Assembly: GCA_002104905.1 (NCBI GenBank)
Contig: MCFE01000573.1
Span: 1 to 56,823 of the forward strand
DNA from: Basidiobolus meristosporus CBS 931.73
Lineage: Eukaryota; Fungi; Basidiobolomycota
Direction: 5' to 3'
DNA: 56,823 nucleotides
In this document: positions 1 to 12,517 of the stretch, piece after piece
Layout of the letters: the number at the start of each line of letters is the position of its first letter
How positions within the stretch are numbered: position 1 is the stretch's first letter
The notes under the pieces: generated by a model
Database searches by the model: none
The model's input: the letters and a program-made list of their open reading frames with translations, nothing else
Told to the model about the DNA's origin: nothing
Translations under genes and position numbers: made by a program

Positions 1-1560
1 GTCTGGCCAACATTTGGTACAGGTTATGGTAGATGGCGAAGAGACAAGGATGCTGTTCAAGCTGTTCAAGCTGTTCCAACATTGCCATAACATCCAATCA
101 GAACATACGGACCTCCACTCAAGATCCCCCTCTGGAATATTATTGTTAGTAAGCTGGTCATAATAGTCAAGAATCTCAATGCATTTGAAGATAGTCTTGA
201 TGGCTTTTTAGTTTTTGATCTTTTGATTATGAGGTATAAGTCTACAGTGTATATATGGTGGGGCCATAATGAGCTCTGAGCATCTTTGTGACATATATGA
301 GCAATCACAATGGCAATCTCTGATATGTTGCAATGAGTTTAAAAATCTTGATAACTTTCAGGCCCTCCCTGATTCCAAGAATTGGCTAACATCATACAAA
401 CTTAATTTTCAATAAGTAAACCATAGATCGGCAATAATCTATGCTGCACATTATTATTCTGCTCCTATGCACTCCCTAGGGTTTACTTAGAGAGGTGGGA
501 TGCTTGATCCAAGATGGATGTCTGATGATTCATATTTCCCCAAGACAAAAGTAACAAAAGGCCAGCAGAACACCAGGTTCCCTAAATGTACTACTCTCAA
601 TATGTCACATACTAGCCATTTGGCAGGCAAGCAAACATATTTCTTAGATGGAGACTGGGCTCACTAGTATTTGTACCAAATTTGGCAATCATCAACTCAC
701 TACTTCCATGAATAGTTACAACTAGATATTTGAAGGAAAACACCAGCTGAATGCTGGCAAGCTACCATCAGGACACCTGTAGAATACTGGCAGATTATTA
801 GATGAATTCCTAGTTTGAGATTTTTCATAGGGTATTAAGTAATAGTAAAGTGTTTGTTAATAGCTTTATATTTGGTAATAATGAGGACTCTATTTGAATG
901 TTATTTTATGCTTTGAGAATATGTATAATGCTGAGGGTCTACTTGTCTATTGAACAACATCAAATTTGGACTTTGTGTGGTTTTCTGCTGGCATTTAGCT
1001 AATATTTATCTTGTGTTTCTATTCAATTACTCTGATTCTTAAATCCCAGGGATCAATGGGCTGACTAGTATCCATTATGGTATGAGGGTACCCAAGCTCA
1101 AGTCCTTGTAGAAAACAAGTCTGTATATGCTCAGGATGGCTAGAATAATGGATATCAAGAGTTGTAATCTTGAGGAGGCTTGAATTCAGCTGGTCTTCTG
1201 CTGACATTAGGGAATTTTTCTTTATAAAGATGACAAACATAGCAAATTGCATCTACACTGTCCTTTACCCTGATAATTTGGATTTATGAGCAGAGTCTGG
1301 CCTTTTTATTAGTTATTCTTAGAACATCTACCTGGTATATAATTTGCTTTAATTATGCGCTTCTATATTTAGTGGACAGCACCACTGATTGCACAATCCT
1401 CCATTAGAGCATCCTTATAGTAGTAGCCTACTTTCAACATTAGTGATATCACGGGTTTCTATTTGACCATATCTGTCTGACCTCAAACTTTGCTTAGAGC
1501 TTCATGGGACTCTCCACTGAACTCTGATATTACTGCTGGCAGTTTCCATAAAAACTATAT
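1..1560 (-). mobile_element. Highly degenerate transposon-like relic, family not assigned
   Basis: AT-rich and almost CpG-free, like the TE island at the other end. Minus-strand frames give broken protein-like segments (DQLNSSLL, HGSSELMIAK, IKTIFKCIEILDYYDQ) with stops and frameshifts. No termini found. Confidence 0.3.
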
Positions 1561-1929
1561 ATATATATACTCGCTAAATTTGAGTGCAAACTAGTGAAAA
1601 CTATGGCTTGCAATAATTCCAAATCGATTCCAGGTTAAGTTTACTGACAGTAGAAATGTCATTCTTTTAATGGCTAAGGCTCCACAAGTACGGTGCTAGT
1701 ATTAGTGTTAAAGAAGTGAGTTATCAAACAGTGGCTGTTTACCGCATACCAGTTTATATTTGCGTAACGTTATGGGAGAGCGTTTCCCTGATTGCCCCGA
1801 CTAGATTACACTGAAGAGTGGTGACGTCAGCGATCGTGATGCAATCCTGTCAACTGATCAATCGACTGGGAAGAGAAATGATCAAGTGGCAAAGACGAAA
1901 CATGGTTCAGGTCAATAATTGTCCTGCAC

Positions 1930-2580
1930 ATGTCCAGACAAGAATTTCTTCACGACGTATATTCAGCCGTGCAACAAGTTCCCGAAGGCAAAGTCACCAC
2001 CTACGGTCACATTGCACGCCTAATCCAGTTTCCACGCCACGCTCGTCACGTAGGAAATGCTTTGAATAGGCTAGGATTCGTACCATTGCCACCGTCACAG
2101 CCTGAAGTTCTGGATCTCGCTGATCAAAACCCTCCTCAAAATCCGGAGCAACTGACTCACGATCGTGCTGCAAGCAGACGTTCAAGAACAGCTTCAAGAC
2201 GTGGTAGAAGTAGAAGATCCAGTCGGTCCCCCACTCAGAGAGGCTCATTTATACACAATGTGTTGCTTGATGATGAGGACAACCGTGGTGATTCAGCAAA
2301 CGAGCGCAATCCACGCCATGTTGAACAAGCAGCACCAAGATTTCACTCTCAAAATGTTCCTTGGCAACGCATCGTGGCAAGCAACGGTAACATTTCCCCA
2401 CGAGACAACATAGAATCTTGTTATCTCCAAGCAGATTTACTCAGAGAAGAGGGCGTGATTGTTGCTGAACCCACGATAGGGCCCGAATTTGTCGGTGGAG
2501 GAGGCGGAAAAGTAGACCTTGCAGTTTTCGGGTGGTTTCCTGATCGATTACCTAGCGAAGAACAAGATGCTAGTCCTTAA
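1930..2580 (+). CDS. ATL1: Alkyltransferase-like protein (MGMT/Ogt DNA-binding domain, Trp-type) with long internal insertion
   Basis: 216-aa ORF with VYSAVQQVPEGKVTTYGHIA, HTH segment RHVGNAL, and NVPWQRIV, where Trp replaces the catalytic Cys of PCHRV. Followed by NGNIS and Q..LL..EGV. Confidence 0.85.
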   Translation: MSRQEFLHDVYSAVQQVPEGKVTTYGHIARLIQFPRHARHVGNALNRLGFVPLPPSQPEVLDLADQNPPQNPEQLTHDRAASRRSRTASRRGRSRRSSRSPTQRGSFIHNVLLDDEDNRGDSANERNPRHVEQAAPRFHSQNVPWQRIVASNGNISPRDNIESCYLQADLLREEGVIVAEPTIGPEFVGGGGGKVDLAVFGWFPDRLPSEEQDASP

Positions 2581-2728
2581 ACGAATCACCCGAACGCACT
2601 CAAATAAGCAAATTACGTTGTTTCATTCATGGACATGGTCAGGCGCTGGCATTGGTATTCTTCAATGATTCTAGGCTTTTGAAGCATTGAAACCATCACC
2701 ACGCAAGTTGAACTCAAAAGGCCCAAGT

Positions 2729-4400
2729 TTAATATTCCGGTTCGTACCACTTTGGGCGTTGGTGCATCTGCTAGCGGACAAAGACAACCTATTGCCAGGG
2801 ATTGGTGTGTATCCTTGGCCCATACAATTTACACTTGGATGTATGTCCAACATTCCCTCAATTGAAGTAAATTACCACACTTTGGTTTAAGCAACATATG
2901 CGAATTACTATTGCTGCTTCTCGTTTCGTTCGGAATACCATCAATGTTGAGTATTGAACAAACCGGCTGTCTGATGAGGATTCGCACTATCTTTGAGTGT
3001 TGTTTGCAGGATACACCTTAGCCTTGCAATAGCTTGAGTGTAGCTACTTCACCCACTAACAACATGTATATATTACCGAGGGATTCTCTATATATTCATT
3101 GATTGATCATCGTCATTCAGACCAGCTCGCATTGTTCGGCTTTGCTGGCAATTAGGTGAAGGATTTATAGCAGCTATTCCTCATATGTGTAACTGAATAA
3201 TAGAGACATCTCATACCTTTACCGCAGTGGCCACACGGCTGACCGCTTCAACTCCTAATGCCACTTTCATCTTCTCTTTGGGGCGTACAAACACCGCACC
3301 AGCAGGCAACTCGGGCAAAACTTTGTCTACAAGATCCCGGTTGGCATCTTGTAGGCGGTCTCCTTGTCTTACCGTTGTACACTGGTTTCCAAATCCACCA
3401 TTCGACTCGCCCCATTATTCACCTATGATCCAAAAAACAGGATCCACTATTCACATAGGCCGAGCAATTTCCCAAGTCGGCCAGCAACCTCGATGTTGAG
3501 TTTGTGGCAATCCTTCTTGTACGTTTTTTTCTGTCTGTTACGGGGCCTGCCGCCGGCGTAAGCAAGTAAGATAGTACTCTCCATGGACTATACAAGATGC
3601 ATCGGCGCCTAGGAACCAGCTATGATTATACGCATTACGTGTGATCTAGATCACCCGTCTCTACGATGATACGAGCATCATGAGCACAGGTTATAGACAT
3701 CTTTTCCATGAAAGTCGGGGCATCGTTTATCGTTCCTCTGCATCACTCCACCAAGATTAGCTGCTCGAAATGACGGATCAGTCCCTTCAGGTGTTGCCTG
3801 TTTGGGACCAACCCTAACGCCCAATTTCCCGCTTAATTATTGCACCTTACCTCGGAACAAAGCCAGGCAACGGTAGCGTTTACCAATGGATCCAGTATGT
3901 TGTGTGCTAGATGTGAAATAGTCCAATTGCTGTGGATAGTACGGTGGCCCAATCGCCGGCCTTCCTCTAGCCGACTCAACGGTGGGGGATTTGTAGATAC
4001 CCATCCAACCGTAATGTGACCCACTATGCCGGATCTCCAGATTCGGAAATAACAATTATTAGTTTTCATGGATTAAACACCACAGCACCCTATACCAAGA
4101 TATATAATGGCCTGTGCTCCCGAAAGATCCGCCTTGGTATAGACTTAATCTTAGATCCAACTATCCTATGAAGTATTTCATATACGGGACCATTACCGGA
4201 TGGCACGCCACCATATTGTTTCCCGCTTAATACGTTTCGCTTGGATACTTGCCAACGTTTGCCTGTTACTCGGGCGCCTTACTCTCGTTGGATTTGGATC
4301 CGTTCCAACAGTACGGCATTCGCTCCTGTGACAGGTTTAGATCCTACTTGGGTTTTGAGGCATGCCGCTTTCTCTCTGAGGCTTGATTCGCTAAAGGGGT
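2729..4400 (-). CDS. Probable multi-exon gene of unknown function; boundaries approximate
   Basis: Several GTAAG/GTATG donors and YAG acceptors allow open exon chains (e.g. ...WWIWKPVYNDKVLPELPAGAVFVRPKEK...; terminal QMHQRPKWYEPEY*). No family recognised and the exon assembly is ambiguous. Confidence 0.25.
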
Positions 4401-4873
4401 AAAGGGATGATGGTCAGCATGTATCAGCATTAAATAATATGTAGGTTGCAAACAAAAGGCTCAGGACTGGGGACCTTGAGTTTATGTGACATAGATTGCT
4501 GGAGTAGAGAACGTGATATTCGGCTGTGGGTGAGATTTGATCAATGGGATGAGTAAGATTTATTTGGGATAAGCCAAAATTCTCATTCTTGTATGTATCA
4601 TTTAAGCGTATTTAGATGTGGGCATGCCGAACAACTCGAAGGAAAATCAGCGGGAGCTTCATACGCTCCGCCATTCTCCCAAAGCATTTTTAGAAGGATT
4701 ATTAAAAGAGTGATGGAACCCCGGGTCACATAGGTCTTGAAAGATAAGCGATCTTCCTCCGCTTGAAGTATTAGAGAAAAGCACTGCTTCTTGGGTTGGT
4801 TGAAAGGGTGGAGGTAATGAAAAGCCGGTTGGAGGATAATATTAAAGTTAAGTATACTATAGAGCAGACGTAT

Positions 4874-7800
4874 TTACTTGAACAACCGCGCAACCCCCAT
4901 TGTTTCTAGCTTGCTCGAGGGTGAGGTCGAGTTTTCAGTCACGGTTTGGTTTTGAAATTGAACGGATTGTCTTGATGGAGAGGCACTGTCGTTATGATAT
5001 ATTGGTTTGGACATGGATAGGGCGTAGGGATTGGATGTGGCGTTACTCGCGAGTGCATTCCGCAGCAGCTGTCCGCAAATGTCCCCCGTCAGAATAGCCC
5101 AAACATAAGCAGGCTTCCCATGGTTATCTTGGATTTTAGGGTCGCTTCCTTTTGAGAGCAAGTACCTAACAGCTTCAGGGATACCTTTGATGGTGGCGAT
5201 ATGCAATAAGGTGAATCCGCTTTTTGGCGCAATCTGGTTGATGTCCGCGCCATTTTGAATTAGGAATTCGGGGATAGGGTAGGTGGGCTGATTCCCCTCT
5301 AGAGCCAGATCTGAATATCTAGCTCCCCCTACGCTCTTACTTGTCTCTTCACCGTCAGTTTGAGGGCGGCAGACATCTGCTGTGCCAGGGAAATCGACCA
5401 GTGAGAAGAGTGAGAATTGCAAAGGAGTAACGCCCTCATCCTCCATAGGATCTTCCAAAAGAGCAGCATATGCTCCGCCAACTACCAGATCTGGAGAAAG
5501 CCCAAGTTTTCGATGGTTTAAGTCAGCGCCTAAAGCAAATCCACGTACCACTCCCTGTATATCATTGCTTTCCATGGCCTTGAACAAAAGATCATTTGCA
5601 TGGGTTTTGAGCGGATCTTCCCCAGGCTGTAATGGGCATGGATTGGAGAATATAACCGAATAATCCAAAAATCTGCGTTCAACATACTTGGCCTTTACAA
5701 AGGCCGCTTTGAAATCTCTGCTGTCACTGCTGATTGGCTTGGTCCTACTCAATCCGTGGACCGAGTCTTCAGCCAATGTAGCTTCCCATATAGAGTTCGA
5801 AAGACCGTTTCCGATGCTCCTAACCATTTCGATGAGGTCAGGAGTGAATGAATTGTCCAATGTTAATGAGCGAATCTTGGATATGTGAGTTCCTAAGCTT
5901 CGATGAACACCGGAGCATTCTAGTAGAACTCGATAATTAATGGTACGATCTTCAGAAAAACCACAATACTGGACATACCTATACAGAGTAAGATGCCTAG
6001 GTTGATGGAGCACCATTCCGGGTTTTTAGAACCACAGTCAGCACAATAGTGGTTGGTTGGATCAGACCTGAACATTGAAATTAAACTTGATTCCTTGTAT
6101 TCATCTGCGAAATCCTCAGCTTTCTTGCGAGTACTTTCTTCGGAAGCGGCTAAAGTTCGTAGATCAGGCGAGGAGCCGGTTCCATTTAGCTGAGATTCGA
6201 TGGCATTCTTGAGCACGTTGATCCAGTCCGTCATGTCGTCGAAGGAAAGCGCTTGATAGACTCTACGCCCTTTTAACGTAACCAGCTCAAAACAAAACCT
6301 CCTTTCTGCATCTGGTATTTGTCGGACCGATGCAATCTTTAAACTAATAGAAGCTTTATGGGCGTCAGGCTTTTTTTTCCAGTTGACGATTTCGGAAAAT
6401 TGCCCCTTGGATATCACACACCAATTACTCTGCCACGAACTTTCGAGGTTGGGTGTTCTATGGCGATTAGGCGAATATAGTACACCTTCTTTATGCCGTC
6501 CGGCTGATGAGGCCTGTTCAATGTTGAAGGAACCCAGGTCACGAATCCCACCAATGCGGCTAGGTAGCTTGTCGCGAAACGCATAAGACTTTGAACGAAC
6601 TAGAGATACCAGGTTACGTCCATTTTCAGACTTCGTTGCACGATCATGATTCTCGGATACCTTTGCATCAGCGATCAGTTTCCCGAGTTGTCTTCTCTTT
6701 TCCTCCATCAATTTCCTTTGTTCGTTGGCGTTTTTCGTAAGGTTGCTCATATGGTTTTTTATCTCGTTTAATTCGTCTTCATACTCATTGGCAATATAGT
6801 TTGCTTTTCGGATGTGTTCGAAGTACTTCTGCCCGAAACTTGTAAAACACAATATGAGTTCTTCTTCTTTGGGGCCTTCTGTCAGCTCATGGATATAGGT
6901 GTAGAAATCCAATATCTTCTGGCAAAACAACTTGCGTCTACTCTCGTACTTCAAATCGGAGCTCAACTGTCTTTGAGACCTATCTCGATCATTCTTCATG
7001 GAAAGATGCTTCGCCTCGGAATGGTAGAACTCATCTGCTTCGCGCATAAACTCTCTTGTCTTGTAGTCCACAGTCTTTATGTCTTTTTCGTAGATCCGTT
7101 GCAATGGGTGGAAGATCATCGTACGCATTTGTTTTTGCAAGCTCTCATGGTCCTTGGAGATTTGACAAAATACAGCATCAACAAATTTGTGAACAGGTTC
7201 CAGTGATTTGACCGATTTGATTTTACTGAGCATGCTATTTCGGACGCTGATTTCCTGTTGGCAGGCCTCGTCGTAGGCAGAAATGGCTTTCAGTAATTTT
7301 TTGATCTCATGCTTGAATGTTGCCACCTTTTTCTCGGATTGTTGGATTTTGTATCTGAAAATTGGCGAGTCCACTACGTCAATATTGAATGGCTCAGATT
7401 GACTCCGTTTATGTGATGGAGTCATCTTTGGCGGAGAGTTTACACTTTCGTCTCTGGCTGCGATCTGCAGCGGGGTTGGCTGTGGAAGCTCTTTTTCCAA
7501 TAGCAGAGTATCCAGTTCTTCCGAAGGTGATACCTTTGTATCCCATTGTAAGGGTTCGACCTTTGAGGGCAGTGGAGACGACCTGTTTGATTTATGCTTC
7601 TCTGAGGATGTTTCCCCTGTAAAACTCGAGACGTGGGTTCGTGATGAATAATTGGATTCAGAGGAATCAATGCGTTTCAGATGAAAAGAATTGTTATCGG
7701 ATTGAGGCTCATCGTTGTACATCCACAGGTCAAAATCAAACTGCTCGTCATAAGTATTGGTACTCGTGTCGAAAATAACAAACTAGAAGAACATGAAACA

Positions 7801-8487
7801 CAATTGGATTAGCCAGCTGTTTCTCACTCGATGCATACGTAATACTTGCCATAAAGTTTGCTCTATATCCTTTATTGTTCGTCTCGTAGTGACAGGAGCG
7901 ATTCCACTTCCAAGTCCAGTTGAAATTAGTTGCGACATTGATAGGTAATGTATCAACGATAAATATATCTCGATGATCATATATCTGAGGGTGGAAATGT
8001 TAATGAGAAGTACTGTCAGAGAAGTGATATGCCAAGTATGACATATAAAAAAACATCACCTTGTCGCTTTTTGGCTCAACACTTGCTAATAGTTTGATTG
8101 CGTCGGAAGCCTTTGGACATTGAACTAGGGCTAGTATCTTGAAGTCAGCCAAGGTAACATCCAGCTTAAACTCGAACGTAACTGGGCCCTCGCTGCAGGG
8201 CAACTTCAGCAAGGCCTTGTCGGGAAAGACTGGGTCCTGTATGAATTCCAACAAGTCTTCACCGGTATTCTGTGCATATATACGGTTTTCGTGGTTTTTT
8301 AGGATAACATACGGAGCCTCCGGGAAACCCTCGACGGCAGCTTGGACCAACTTTACTAAATAGGCCGGGATATAAAATTATGGTTAAAGCTGGTGGACAT
8401 ACACTTGGCTCCGCTCATAGGTAAAGTACCTCTACTTGAAGGTGCATTTAATATGCCTGAGCAGATATGTTGCTCAACTGAACCCAT
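4874..8487 (-). CDS. ACAP/centaurin-beta-like ArfGAP (fungal N-terminal domain, BAR, PH, ArfGAP, ankyrin repeats), multi-exon
   Basis: ORFs 5920-7722 and 4874-6016 join across intron 5920-5978 to give CADC-x16-CIEC-SGVHRSLG. PH motif HKEGVLY...ERRFCFEL; BAR region VDSPIFRY; ankyrin GFTLLHIA. Upstream exons (LEFIQDP...LLKL) splice in frame. Start at 8487 is tentative. Confidence 0.9.
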
Positions 8488-10213
8488 GAACTAGGAGATG
8501 GTACGAAGAAGGAAAAAGTAACAAGTATGTCAAGGAGAGAGGAGTGCTATTAAACTAATCAAGCTGAGCTGGCGAGAAGTTCATATATTTCAGCGGGTCT
8601 TGGAGCTACGGAGGATAGAGGAGTAAAAGAAGCTAAGGTGAGCACCTACGAGAAACTCTAGAGATATTTACTCAGTCAACAATGGCTCTTAATATGATAG
8701 AAATACAGGATCAATTGCAATTCCATGGACGATATTATACGAGTGCATACAACCAAGATATAAATAGAGTTATTATACATGATAAATATGAAATTAGAGT
8801 TAGCATAATTAAGAGTCCGACCCCATTGGTGGCTTGTTTATTTAAAAGATCAATAATAAAAATAAGCCAACCAGTATTGCCGGCACCCTTAAGGCTGTGA
8901 TTAGCAACAAGCACAATTTGGGATTCAAATTACAAAGAATTAATAGGGAAGTGGTAATAAGGGTCCGGATGAACGCTGAAAATCAAGCCATTCAAGACAT
9001 CTTTCAGTTGTGGTGGACGAAGTCCAGTCTTGAAACTTCAATTAAACGAAAGGGTAGACTGCGCATCGCTCAGCGGTGCAATCTCATTCTGGTTCTGGTC
9101 TTGATTCTAACCAAATATGGTAGCTTTCGCTAAAGTGTTGTGTCGACTGGAATGACAAGTAATCTTTATCAGGGGCACTAAATTTAATTAGTGCGCTCAG
9201 GGAACATGGCATGGTAATTTCATTGACCGTAACCACATCACCGACAATTCAGTGGAACCTTCCCAAGGCTGTGGGGAATGAAGTTTTCAAATTAGTGCTA
9301 CATGACGGTTACTGCTTGTTGATCGATATCCAGGCAGCTCGTGAGTGCTAGTTCGCGCCGACTTGTATCTGGCTCGAAAGTGGATCTGGCATTGTATTAA
9401 TGTCACATAGTCGAGAAGCCAACGCTAATCACTATGAAGATCTCATTGTATTCTATTGGCCTTGATTCAACCATTATATTGCTAGACGAGAATGCGGAAT
9501 AGCTGAGATTTGGCAATAATCCACTAAACAATCAAGACCAAAATGGGATATCCAGAGGTAATCAACTATATGATAGGCAGGGTACATTTGCTTCTAGATA
9601 TAATAAATCAAGTTTCGTAACTGCAACATGTATTACAGTTTATCACAATAGACGCCATCTAGCGGTATGCAGATTCTCTGCTGCACCTGTGCTTCTCCCC
9701 CGTCACATGAAGTGTCCCTCCAATGACCAGTACAGTCGGGATAGCTTGTGAAGAACATACTTAGATTATCGGTATTGCAACCCTATACTCAGCAGAGGGC
9801 TTCGCCTATTCGTATAGAGCTGCGGTCGGTGAGTTACTTACCTGGCAGCGACTCTGAGCTAATTCAAGTAACTTGGCCATCTTAGCCATTGCTCTTTCAG
9901 CTTGAGTCTCAGACTATCCCACTTCAACATCCTTGCTGACGGCTCATCCGACCGTTGTATTCACTGACCTGGCTATCATGATGTTTCGACAAGTGTTCTG
10001 AAGCCGTCCTCATAATTGTAGTCGGGGGAGTAGCGTCCCCTAGTAAGGCAACGGTATGCAACACAACCACTTCCATGCTATGTAAATGGAATATTTCATC
10101 TAGTACTATTGGTCGCAGGCAACTATCTTACTCAGATTTCATGGAGCAATGTTTAGCATGAGGCATAGCTTTTATACAGAAGATTTATAGGATTAAGCGT
10201 ATAGTAATAAGCT

Positions 10214-10787
10214 TCACAACGAGTCAAGTTTGAATGTTAAGCACGAGACTTTCCTTTGTTGTTTGTAAAGGAGAAATCTTCAGAATCACTGGGTTCTTCC
10301 TCGTATTCATCTAGATCAAGCTCCTCTAAAGGCTCTGGCTCTATAACCTTGACAGTTTCCCATTGACCTTCAATAATATTACAAAGCTTAGTCAGTACAT
10401 GTTGAAAAGCAGGTATCAGACTTCATCTTCGTGTAAATGTGCATATCGTCCTACCATCAACAAAAAATGTGGCAAACAAGACTTGATCGTCTTCTAATTC
10501 AAGTGAGGCTACGGTGTCTTTGTCGGATAAAATCGTGTAGGAATCTGATTTGACTCCCTTTGAGTAGAGTCTTATCTCTTGAGGTTTTTTCGGCTCCTTT
10601 AGACTTTTCGCAAATTCTTCCTTGACCTTTTCTATTGTATTCTTTCTATCAGCCTCTACAAATACTGTGATTTTCTTGTATTTAACACGGAAGCAGAGTG
10701 TATCCTAATAGCAGATGTATTAATCAGTGTTCGTCACGGATTTGAATGGAAGTAACGATTTTTGTGAAAGCTAGGGTTGCTTACCAT
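10214..10787 (-). CDS. Elongin-B-like ubiquitin-fold protein with acidic tail, 3 exons
   Basis: Exon 1 is ATG only (ATG|GTAAGC). Spliced product: MDTLCFRVKYKKITVFVEADRKNTIEKVKE...EIRLYSK...LSDKDTVASLELEDDQVLFATF...GQWETVKV..., resembling the Elongin B N-terminus (F.vrR.KtTiF.da...tv..lK). Confidence 0.6.
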
Positions 10788-12517
10788 GTCTTGTGTGCTT
10801 ATCGCTGCGATATGTATGCTCGTATACCTTTGAAAGTGTTGATATTTGGTACAATCAAATATCTGTAATGATTCGGCTTGATATCACGTGCCTTCATACG
10901 ACAAAGCATCAAACATATTTGTGATTTGCAAATGATTAATAGGATTAATACAGCACATAAATTAATAGACCAATTTTTGTGTTTGTTTGCGCCGTTATTA
11001 ACGTCAGCAAGCATCAACGGCATCTAGTTTCTGACAAGTACTTTAAGTAATCGAACTTCTACGAGTTACCCGGCTCATTGTTACGTGACTCATCTACCAT
11101 ATAGACGTAATAATGATAGCATATTTTTCCAGCTTACTAGATAATCCAACACAGCATTTCCAGATGCCTGCCCAGCTAGTTGCTGTACATGAAAGGTTGT
11201 ATGTACTTCAGGGATCACCGACGGTAACACAGCGAGCACTAATGGTCCGTTTCTAGGGGGAGACAAAGTTCGGGTGTGGGGTTTTCCCAAGAGATTGCAG
11301 TTCGGGCAGGTGCTAACTGTGAATATGAACAGGTTTGCATTCATACTACGAGAAATATTGGCGCAGTTATGCCGACTAAAAGCCGTGGTGTTATTCTGCT
11401 ACATCCGAATAGCTCTTCTACTTGGCTGCTCCTATATCTGGGGCGCCATATGCTCCTTGGTGAATTTAGCCAGCTTGAGGTAGGTCTTTGTCTTTATTGG
11501 AGAGATGTGCGCGATTAATCATTGGTGATGCTTGCAGCATTAGCCCAATCGGTACCTTTCAGATATCCTCCAAGGTAAGATGGCACCAATTGATAGCGCC
11601 TACAACACGTACTGGCGTAGTAAGGGATGGATCCCACCGTACTTGGCATGTATATCAAGATGATTCTCCAATATGCCTGTAATATCTCACATTTGAGGTA
11701 GTGAGACGGATGAGCGGTATCACTTCCTTGATGGCTGACACCAATCACTTTATTACAATTGGCAACTCAGATACTTCTGGAAAGCAGGAAGGAGTGGCCA
11801 TGTTTTACCTCTCACCGTCACTACCCAAGCAATCACCAAGAATATACAAGTATCTTCATTGGGGAGCACAATACATCAATGTAGCTGACTTCCAAAAGCC
11901 CTACTCAGCTCAGCTAGTCAAGGGCCTAGGATGTGTGGTTGCTGACGGAGTGTAATGCTTCAACATATTTGCACCATTCCCCAAGCTGGATCATATAGTT
12001 TCACCAGTGTACACAGGGTTTCGAAGGATTAGCGAACCAAAGTCCCCCTGCCGTGAAGAGTCTTGACGGTGTTCTTACGTAAGATATAAATGGGGAGAAG
12101 AGGTATCCTTAGATTGCATTTACTCGGACCGCCACCTTTCTATTCTGGGCCACATCGATTCCCAAATTGTCCACTGGACCTCTTGAGAGTAAGCAGCATT
12201 ATCTGGCTTGGGCTGTACTCACCAGGCGGTACCCAATAGCTAAAGACTCGACGGTCTATCTATAGTGAAGAGGATTGCATCTTTCTAATGCTCAACAGCA
12301 GCTGGAGTCACCGGAGTCATTCCCAACTGTACGCATATAGCTGTAGTAGGTGATTTGAGCTGTGCTTTGTCACTCAAAACCGTTCATTTATTTACAAGGT
12401 GATGCTTGGCTATCTCTCGATGTAATAGGTATTAGTGCTCGTCCAGCCGGCTTGTTATTAATATGGAATTTATGGAGAAACAATGAACTCATTCCCAAGC
12501 TCAGCCTCGAAATACTA

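Noticed and set aside
9836-9849. TACTTACCTGGCAG resembles the 5' end of U1 snRNA
   Set aside because: It is the reverse complement of a consensus donor (CAG|GTAAGT) ending a plausible minus-strand exon. No U1 loop-I or convincing Sm site follows.
9560-10010. Possible small minus-strand gene (MRTASEHLSKHHDSQ...AERAMAKMAKLLELAQSRCQ)
   Set aside because: Splice signals are present, but there is no recognisable family or consistent end.
11090-12400. Short ORFs on both strands with splice-like signals
   Set aside because: Strand and frame could not be resolved; no motif recognised.
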